DNA of 62,065 nucleotides, counting the filler, from Choristocarpus tenellus KU-1152 (lineage: Eukaryota > Protista > Phaeophyceae): NCBI GenBank assembly GCA_964200185.2. It is 12 parts of 12 records of this genome, joined end to end, with 100 filler letters (N's around TTAATTAATTAA, not from the genome) between each part and the next. Parts side by side here need not be neighbours in the genome. Positions count along the whole stretch, not along the records: positions 49,669 to 55,874 come from CAXNAD020008683.1; positions 55,975 to 59,434 come from CAXNAD020019887.1; positions 59,535 to 62,065 come from CAXNAD020027010.1; 9 more parts are not named here. One strand, given 5' to 3'. The notes under the pieces are model-generated. The model was given only the letters and a program-made list of their open reading frames with translations. It was not told where the DNA came from and did no database searches. A program made the translations under genes and the position numbers. Below are positions 53,197 through 62,065 of this stretch, piece by piece (position 1 is the first letter of the stretch; each line of letters starts with the position of its first letter).

Positions 53197-53958
53197 CTAC
53201 TTCTTCTCCCCCCCGCCAAAGATGTTTGCCATCAAATCCCCCATGATGTCTCCTGGGTCTTTGGCATCCTTTCCCTTCTTTTCCCCTTTCTTCCCCACCT
53301 CGCCATCAGGGATCTCCTTGTCAGCTGCCTCGAAAACCTAGGACGCTCACCATGTGGTGGTTGGCAAAGGCGGAGGGTCAGGCGCTTCCAAAAAAAGAGA
53401 CCCCACAGCAGTGAAACTGGAGGTTCGCGCTGCATTGGTATGGCATAAAGGAAGAAGCTGACAACACGACCAGTTCCCTCATACACAGAGGCTGTAGATT
53501 GGTGGTCTGACCGAGGTCTGAGTGCGATCTCCATTCACGTTCAAATCTTGCTACATATTATGCGACAATTTCTTCTTCAAAGGTAAAAATTACTGATAGA
53601 AATTCGAATAGCTGGCACACCAGGGCCTCAGATTCCACAGAAGCAGACACTGAAAGCGAACGTCCGTTCGTGTATCTCACAGCAATTGATCAATGAACCC
53701 GGCCCCATCATCAAATCCGCTCACCTCAAACATCTGCTCCAAATCGAGGTCCATCGGCTCCTGATCTCCCCTCTCACCTTCCTCGCCTGCACGCAGTGGT
53801 CCAACAACGATATTCCCGACTACCTCCACACCAGAGGTGCGCTTGGGAACAGGGGACAACGCTCGCGCCCCGAGCCCAGGAGAGACCACAAACCCATGCA
53901 CGCACGAGCTGCACACCAGAGTACCGGCGACAACAGCAACAGAAAAGGAGGTTCTCAT
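53197..53958 (-). CDS. Small plastid-targeted protein of unknown function, complete, 124 aa
   Basis: Exons 53958-53725 and 53337-53197, phase 0, GT-AG. Signal peptide MRTSFSVAVVAGTLVCSSCVHG then FVVSP (ASAFAP-type). Core EPMDLDLEQMFEVFEAADKEI; ends FGGGEKK*. Confidence 0.85.
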
Positions 53959-55652
53959 GATTCTCGTAAAAACAACTGTACCATATACACTGGAGGTCTG
54001 GTAATCCCTCTTCCAGCTTGAAACATGAAACATGACGACATGGTTAGGATTAGGGAGGAAATTCCCAATACAACGCCTTCAAAATATTGTATATCTCCAC
54101 ATTTATGTCTTACAGTTCACTCCTTCACAAATACATAGTGGTATACGCTGGTTCAAACCCACTGGTCACCAGATTTCTTTCCAACGAGATATGGTTTCAA
54201 TGATCCCAAGTCCACATTACAAGCGCTACTGATTGTAGACCTATACTATGTATCACTATACCATAAACACGCGCGATAAAACTGAAACGAGATGGCAAGG
54301 TTTATTGTGTATCAACACCGACGTCTATACTGGACAAGATCAGAGGGAGGAGGCGTAACGATGAGTGGAGGGATGGCTGAAATCGACACATGAAACCAAG
54401 ACATGAAAGGGGGCAATGCAATTAGCCATGTTACAGTGCTAGAGCTAATTGGTACGTGAAGTAGTGCACTGTATTGTGTCTCTTACCATGGGTCGGTCAA
54501 GTCCCCTAACGTGAGATGATTTCAATATAATAAGGAACGTCATGTAAGATTGTGTACATATGAACTTTGCAGCCTCCTTAGCATATGAGAGGTCCATATT
54601 ACGTTCGACTCCTTCCCCCAAACATGTGCACCGTGCCATTTAGTCTAACGCAAGTGTACCCCATTCTACAAGAGGACCTTGCACTCTCCAGGCGGGATCC
54701 CAAACACTGAAGATGTCTACAATAACGAATATCAGCTTTTTTCCGGTCTCCTCCTTCTTCATCTGGTTTCGTAGCTAAAAGCTCCCCGAAGATGAACTTC
54801 TTGAGTAAGCAGGCATAAAAGCTGGGCATTACAAAACTCTCAGAGTTCCCTGTTTTGTTATAGTTGGCTCAGTGGTCATACACACATTACAGGGGGTGGC
54901 CTGTACGCCTCCGTTCGCAGAACCCTGATGCAGTACTGGAGACTTTTGCAGTGTAGGACGTGAAGCTGCGTGAAATGGTCCTTCCTGAGTGTCAACATCA
55001 TGCATCCATGCACATAGCCTTGAGCACCTTCACCTTGAGCTCCCAAATCTTCCGCTCAAGTGGTGCAACAAGTTCTTTGTCATAGAGCTATTTGATGTAC
55101 CTCGTGCAGGGTCACTAAGGTCCACAAGCAGGTGTAACAGGTATGATGGATCTTCATGAACTACAAGCAACTAACTCTATGAACGACTGAGAAGGTTCCA
55201 GTATGGCTTACCGCTTGTGATGAAGGTCTAAATGGTCAAGGTCGAAGTAAACAAGGCTCTGCTACATGGATATGTGACATAGACACTCCAAAAAGGACCA
55301 CCACAGCAAGCTTCATGCCGATTGTTGTAAGTCTGCACAGGACTGCATCAAGTTTTGAGAGTGGAAGTGTACACACCTATCATCCCCTGAAATGCCAGGG
55401 CAAGCTGGTAGGAACTGCAAGTGAGGTCATTTTGAGGTGACCATATGGAAACTAAGACCATTTCTTACAGGTTTCGTGCCACACATGGATGATGCAGCGG
55501 AGAAGACAAAGGGGAAGATCTAAGAAAAGCTGGTGGTTGCGCTTCCAAGTCAATCTCAAGTCCTTGAGGATCATAGAGAAAAGAGTGTTGAGCAGTTGGA
55601 GAAGACCTTACCAACCAGATGGTAGAGATGTTTGGAGGTTGAGCCAAATATT

Positions 55653-55831
55653 GTCTCAAAGTATCTGGGGGGGGGAGCGTGGCTGTCCACTCGGGGCCTT
55701 TTTTCCATGTCGTGATTTTTGGGTGATTTGGTTGCATGCGTTGGATGGATAATGTAAGTGCACTTCTCTCCTGGTCATGACCCGAATGGACACCCTGGTG
55801 TTGACACCCCCCCCCCCAGATACTTTGAGCC
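55653..55831 (+). mobile_element. MITE family B, complete (179 bp)
   Basis: TIRs gtctcaaagtatct-polyG / polyC-agatactttgagcc; subterminal gtccactcgggg / cccgaatggac. Confidence 0.88.
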
Positions 55832-55874
55832 ATTTTCATTTTGTATACATTGAGCATGCTAAGGTGACTGACAC

Positions 55875-55974
55875 NNNNNNNNNNNNNNNNNNNNNNNNNN
55901 NNNNNNNNNNNNNNNNNNTTAATTAATTAANNNNNNNNNNNNNNNNNNNNNNNNNNNNNNNNNNNNNNNNNNNN
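55875..55974. other. Artificial contig linker
   Basis: N44-TTAATTAATTAA-N44. Confidence 0.99.
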
Positions 55975-56012
55975 AAATGGACGCGGCTCTACCCTCTAAG
56001 ATACTTTGACTC
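55975..56012 (+). mobile_element. MITE family A right terminus at contig start
   Basis: aaatggacgcggctctaccctctaagatactttgactc. Confidence 0.85.
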
Positions 56013-56249
56013 ATTAGGCATGGGGCTCAAGATGCAAAACGCTCAGCATCCCACCAAAGCCAAGGTATTTTAACCAGGATGGGTCAATGACAGCGCATGG
56101 ATAGGGCAACGCAAATGGAAGCCAAGGGCTTAGTCCCACACTCTGGACGACGGAGATCTGCCAGGCTGGAGCAGCGCCATCGGGTAGCCTACACATCTCA
56201 TCTGTTTGACCTAGAAAAGGATGAAGAAATGGAAATGAACCACTTCGTA

Positions 56250-58161
56250 TGAACCCTTATAGCGCAGGACAACAATGACGCATACTGCTTTATGGGTCTC
56301 ATGGGGGAAGTGGGAACAGGTGAAGAGCCAAAGTATCTTAGAGGGTAGAGCCGCGTCCATTTGGGGGCCAAAATCCAATGTTGCACTTTTAGTGTAATTT
56401 TGGCTATCGTGTTTGCTAGGAAGTGTCAATATCCATATTCTGGACACACCATTTCATAACACATATATTTTACCTACTCCGGAATATTTTGTAGTAGGAA
56501 GATATCGTTAATAAAAACATAGGAAGCCAAGCCCCAGATGGACAAACAGGGCAAAACTCGCACCCTCTAAGATACTTTCACTTTGCAGACAAGTCGTCTA
56601 CAATGAAAGCGGCCTTCAGTGGGCCAGATGCAGAAAAGTGGCAAGAGGCAATGGAGACGGAAACGACAGGGTTATAGAAGAAGGGGACTTTTGGTGACAA
56701 GGTCCTGCCCCAAGGAAGGAAAGCAATCAAGACACGATTTGTCTTCAAAATCAAGCGCTCTGCAGACGGGACAGTGGAAAGATATAAGGTGCAACTCGTG
56801 GCTCGTGGGTTCACCCAAAATGCAGGAGTGGACTTATTTGAAACCTTCAGCCCGGTGGTGGGGTACAACACACTACGGTGCGTCATATCAGTCGCAGGTA
56901 CAGAGGTTGGAGCATTGACGCCCTGGACTTCACACAGGCATACCTGAATGCAGACCTGCAGGAAGACGCCTGGCTGGAGCTTCCTGATGGCCACACTGTG
57001 AAGGCAGAGAAAAGCAATCTATGGGCTGAAACAGTCATCCATGGAATGGTATAATGAACTAGGGGGCACCATTCTCGCAGAAGGATGGACAAGCAGCCAA
57101 CACGACGAGTGCCTCTACTTCAAGAAGAGTGAGGATGGACGCATCGCCATCCTCACTACCTACGTGGACGACACTGCCACCACTGCGGACTTAACAGAGG
57201 AGACCCAGAGGATGAGGGCATCACTGCTGGAAAAATACGAGGGGCGATACCTAGGTACGCTGGACAAGTTGATTGGGGTGGGCATCACTGTGGGTGAGGA
57301 TGGCATCACCCTGGACCAACAACTATATGCAGAAAGCATTGTCATGGTCGGGATGGGCTCCGTGGAAGTACGAGAAACATCTACACCACTGGACCCTGGG
57401 ATGGACCTCTCTGTCAGGAAAGACTACGAAGAGGAACTGGATCCTACTATATATCCCTATGCCAGTATCCTTGGCCAACTCATGTTTCTAGCAGGCATGA
57501 CTCGACCAGACCTGGCCAACAGCGTTTGTGAACTGGGGCGCAGGGCGGCGTCTCCATGCATGCGGCACTGGCGCGGATTCCAACACGTTCTACGCTACGT
57601 AGCAGAAACACTGGACGTCTGCATACACTATGGTCGAGGGGATAAAGATATGAACGAGGGGGAAGAAGAACTCCTGGTGGGGTATGGGGATTCTGACTAG
57701 GGCACTGACTCACAAACACGCAGGAGTGTTACAGGGTACAAAATACTGTTCAACGGATCGCCGATCGCCTGACGCTCTGAACTTCAAGGCGCTGTCACCC
57801 TCTCCAGCTCGGAGGCATATTGGACAGCAATGGCGCATGGAATGTGCCACTGCATTTTCATTGGAGCTATTCTGGGGGAGATCGGCGTACTACAGAACCA
57901 GACTCCCTGGTTCTGTGACAACCGTGGTGCTATTCAGGCAGGCAGCATCACAGGCTTCAACGGCAGGACCAAGCACGTGGACATGAAGTTGAAGTGCACA
58001 AGAGTATCTTTCACATTAAGTATATTCCAACACGCAAGCAATTGGCAGACGTTTTAACCAAGTCTTCACGTAAGAGTTTTTATTTCTCATTTTGTGCATT
58101 CCGTGCTTTCGCGTCGAGAGTGAGCTATAGTGAGCAGCTTTGCTGCACGCTCATGGGGGAG
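56250..58161 (+). mobile_element. Ty1/copia RT-RNaseH relic ending in polypurine tract
   Basis: [73 protein letters not shown]; PPT gggggag at 58155-58161; several stops. Confidence 0.93.
56325..56583 (-). mobile_element. MITE family A, complete, reverse orientation, inside copia
   Basis: gagccaaagtatcttagagggta...accctctaagatactttcact; flanks TGAA/TGCA. Confidence 0.9.
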
Positions 58162-58510
58162 TGTGCAATATAGGCTAAGTAGTCTATATGTTTTTTTATC
58201 TGTTTAGTGACGTACTATATATCAGAAATGTTGACTGAGTGGAGTAAGTACCAACGAATTGTTTCCGTGCACTCAGAATAAGAAGTTCGAGTCTCGGTGG
58301 ATTGGTTTCTTATTACCTAATGTCAGTGGTTGACGGAGTTTAAATGAAGTAGTGTGACTGACGCAAGCACATTTTGATTTGTCTGCTGACGTGCGTAACA
58401 GATAATGAGGCAGAGCATCCCCCCACCTCGAGGGATGTGCTCACTCCGCTAATAAATACATCCATACCTCATAAAACAAAGACTCTATTAGAATAGCTCT
58501 CTATTGCATA
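58162..58510 (+). repeat. Putative 3' LTR of the copia element
   Basis: Starts TG right after the PPT; imperfect terminal IR tgtgcaatatag / ctctattgcata (10/12); AATAAA near 58451. Confidence 0.6.
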
Positions 58511-59434
58511 CTTCTCTTCTTCCTTTCTTGTCCATACTTCCATGCACTCCTTCCTTCATTTTGGAGAGTTCTTGTCGTTTCACTAAGGTTACTGCCAGCA
58601 ACACACTGTCTGAATACCACTTTTCTCATCCTTCAAAGTGTTGGAATGGATATTGCTTCTCATCATTTACCTGTAGTGAGTGGTGGCAGAAGTTGTCGCT
58701 AAGAGTGGGTATTGATTGTAGTATTTCTTATCCTCATGCAATAATTATGTAACCATGATCACAGTAGGAGTGGCAGCGTCATTAGTGGTAGCTCCAACCA
58801 CAGCAGGCATTAGTGCCATTGTTATTTACTTGTACAGTCTTACCCTCCTCGTAGCAGTTCCTACCGTTGCACCGGTGCAGGTTAGGGTTAGGGTCAGGGT
58901 CAGTGTTTTTTTTCGCCCACCACTACATCTCATCATCTCCAGTCAGCAGGGTTTTTTGAAGAACTCTACATCACAATAATTTTCGTTTCCCTCCAAACCC
59001 TTACCCTTCCTCATGCTGCTGGGTCTATATCCTCTATCGTTTATTGTAGAGTGTTGGGTACCGAATACTACATCAATCAGGAGCAGGATTTACGGAGATC
59101 CCATCCTTGGCAGTAGGCAGTACACCCAAGTCCCCAGCATCCTTTGGCTCCAATCACCAACGTTGCAGAGAGTACATGTGCGCTTGGTCACCCTTGTGCG
59201 GACCAAGTCTTCACAGTATGGACTCAAGTATATGTTTGTTCCGGATTGCGCAGGCAGGGTGTCCATTATCACTCCCGACCTGAACCTCCTCGTCTACCAC
59301 CACTTTGAATGTGGAGAAGGAGAGCGCTTGATCCCTGTCGCTCGATTTCTCTCTCTGTTGTTTTCTAGGTGGCGCGGCTAACTCTGGTGCAGATATCATC
59401 CAACGTGGATGTTAAAACATAGGCTACTCATTTG

Positions 59435-59534
59435 NNNNNNNNNNNNNNNNNNNNNNNNNNNNNNNNNNNNNNNNNNNNTTAATTAATTAANNNNNNNNNN
59501 NNNNNNNNNNNNNNNNNNNNNNNNNNNNNNNNNN
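59435..59534. other. Artificial contig linker
   Basis: N44-TTAATTAATTAA-N44. Confidence 0.99.
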
Positions 59535-62065
59535 ATCCGGGTGAGGGTAGGAGGCGAGTTTATGAAATGTGACATATGTGTCACGTTAAAAGAGAAGCGG
59601 CACGGTGCACCTGGTGTAAAACCCACCAACGACTCCACCGTCCTCGAGTCCATCGATAAGGAGCTGTCAGACCATCGAGAGGTAGGCATCCGGCGTTAAT
59701 TTTGCAACAAGCGTACAGTGGCGAAAGGTCGCCGTCATTGCCCTCCTAGCCCTGAGTAAACCCTGTGTCCTTTTGCGAATGAAGACTCCCACGTAGGTGT
59801 TTATGGCAGCAACAGTAGCCTCACTCACCACTAAACCTGCTGTTATTAGCTGCCCAAACACCTTGTAAGACAGACTGCTTCCTCATAGTGTACAACGTGC
59901 TGTGGGAGGGACAGGTCATTTAGCGGTCTTCCGGCCCGGTACGTGCGTACTTCCTACCATACCGATAACGTGGTGTTTGTTTTGAACGCAGCAATAAAAA
60001 ACATATCCCAATACTAACATCTGTGATACCCAGACTACATTTTTGCTACTAACCAACCTGGTACGTGTTAACAAGCGGCATTTTTTTTAAGACTCTGAGC
60101 AGATTTATTTGATTAATTAACGTGATGTTGCTGTCCCCCATTCGCCAGATTATCAAAGCGGATCGGCTGGTCATCGCCAACAGCACCAGCAACGCCATGC
60201 GGGTCAAAGCCGACGGCAAACCTCTCGGCTTCGTGTTTATGTCCGTAGACACTGCGAACCAGACAGCACATGCCCTCCCAGCACTTTACCCACCTACTCA
60301 CAGTCCATCCGACAAGATCTTTGCAGCCGCACGCGGAACAGAATAGACGACCATGTTTTATCCTACGGATGAGTGCAAAGTCCAAAGAAATAATCGCCAA
60401 AACAAACGCACATAATTCCACTACCTATTCAGTTCATCATGATGACCTTTCTTTACATGTTCCTTTCGTTCATGTCCCCCTTATCAGGGGCTACTCCGAG
60501 CGCCAGAAGATCATCGTCGCACACGCTGAGGGCCAGTTCGCGGAGGTATTCTTTGTTCCTATCAATCTTGGAGGAGGTACGTACTGTAGAGTAGCGTAAG
60601 AGCTAATCAACGGGTAGTGGAGATCGCAGACATGTACATCAGCATATATGTCCTCTACACTGCATAAACAAATTACATTACCCCTCTTTTTAGCTCCAAA
60701 TAAACAATGCGTAAATGAGCAGAGTACTTTTTACCAACAGTTGTTTAACATCATTGTTCGCGCAGGTTGTAACCTTGTCTGAACAGCCACACACCTTGCC
60801 CTCACAAGGCTTATCGAGAAGTACCGCAACAGCCTTGATGACTTGGGGAACTGCATCATCCAGCACGCGCATTGGCAGGTAAGAAGGTTTCACCCTGACA
60901 CGACCTACTCAACACAGCCTTGCTGAATACCAGTCACCAAGTAACTATCTGCACGGTGTTTAGTTTTGGTTTGTGTGTTGCAACCTGCATGTATTATGGC
61001 GGTGATGTAGAGATTGCGCTCTAGCAATACTGTAAACCTACCCTGTTCCTCCACGAAACGCGGCGAAATGGGCTGACATATTGGCCTCACGCCCATCCCT
61101 CCCTCGCTCCCGACTCCCCAAACTGGCCAGGTCAACAACTGCGTCTCAGAGAACAAGAACAATTTCTTTCTCGGATATGCGGGGCTGTTGGTTGCGGCAA
61201 GTGTCATTCGTGTTGTCGAGATACATTTTATGATGGTGGGGCACACGCACATCAAAATCGATCAGATCTTCTCCAGGTAATTAGGCAAGATATATATACA
61301 AGTTCGATAGCCACATAGTGTTTTTATACGGACAGATACAGCCTCGAGTCTTGCAGCCCACGCTTGCTGCATTCCTGGAAGGTTTATGGTCGTATACTGT
61401 AATTGATCGATTGGCTTTTGATTTCCCCACAACAAAATTGAACTATAAGAGCAGCTGCCAAAACTGTTTCGAAACATACTCTCGAAACAAAACAATGAAA
61501 AAAAATGTACGCATCACGAAATTTTATATTGATTTTTCCATATACATGCATCAGAGCATGTGCCTGCATTTATATCCTGCTTATCCACTTCGCTTCTTTC
61601 GCCCCCGCCTCGAAATTAACTTGCTTGCATTTCACCTTCAGGTTCTCACATGGAATGAAAGGGAAAAACATATTCACCAGAACACAGCTGGGTGAAGAGC
61701 TGCAGGCCTCTTACGCGGAGGTTCCTGTCTACGACAAGACCCTACGGAACCAGGGAAACTTCGGGGACTCCTTCGCGGTCGCGTCAACTGTGTCCCCAAC
61801 ATCACGAGCTACAGGACTTTCCGTGTTGAAAAAGGCGGTGATAGGCGGGTGAAGGTTAGCGTTAAGCGATACATGCACAACACAGAATGGAGTGGGATAG
61901 GTGGAGACCTTGCTATGGACCCCAACGCCCCTCCGCACGACCTCTTCATCGGCCACCCGCCTCGTATCCAAGATGCATCACCCTACCAGCTCAAGAGCGT
62001 TCCCAAAGACGTCATCCTGAAGGTGGAGCAGCGGTACCAGGCGTCGCACGAGCGCCTCCCTGCTG
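59535..62065 (+). pseudogene. Intron-containing Sola-like (DUF7869-type) DDD transposase, decayed, both ends missing
   Basis: Exons 59535-59681 (FMKCDICVTL..DHRE), 60149-~60315 (FMSVDTANQ..LP; donor unclear), 60488-60576, 60766-60878 (in-frame TGA at 60780), 61131-61276 (VNNCVSENKNN..FMMVGHTHIKIDQIFS), 61642-end (frameshift near 61770). Confidence 0.75.

Noticed and set aside
54440-55450. Possible gypsy integrase/chromodomain relic (minus; PSFYACLLKKF...LVEWG)
   Set aside because: Too degenerate to support beyond two weak motifs
59050-59400. Possible LINE C-terminal relic (minus)
   Set aside because: Only vague resemblance
6689-59534. Regularly recurring TTAATTAATTAA flanked by Ns
   Set aside because: Identical 100-bp synthetic spacers, not biology. 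ORFs containing X that run into them are artefacts.
60113-60120. TTAATTAA without Ns
   Set aside because: Native AT-rich intron sequence, not a linker

Overview
Eukaryotic, intron-rich, TE-dense DNA. It is not one locus: 12 short contigs are joined by artificial 100-bp N44-TTAATTAATTAA-N44 linkers, so adjacency across linkers means nothing. Gene and TE content suggests an ochrophyte, probably a brown alga (inference). Host genes: a complete 6-exon RPS5/uS7, head-to-head with a probable mitoribosomal mS45/Bot1p gene that has a GC-AG intron; a secreted Cys-rich protein with a GDPH-type (VWD-like) domain; a complete 124-aa plastid-targeted unknown protein; and fragments of Noc2-like, TAZ zinc-finger, TTLL, CDF transporter and coiled-coil genes. 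TE relics: two Ty1/copia elements (one with PPT and 3' LTR), an RTE-like LINE, two RLE-type non-LTR fragments and a Tc1/mariner transposase. The most notable system is three related MITE families (about 17 copies or fragments) sharing a CAAAGTATC-type TIR core. Family A has GAG...CTC ends and a 4-bp TSD supported by nested insertions. A spliced, decayed Sola-like (DUF7869-type) transposase in the last contig is a candidate mobiliser. Also notable: a 9-bp minisatellite whose variation falls on third codon positions of a (Val-Asn-Gln/His)n frame, and frequent short interstitial TTAGGG arrays. All family assignments come from motif recognition, not database searches.
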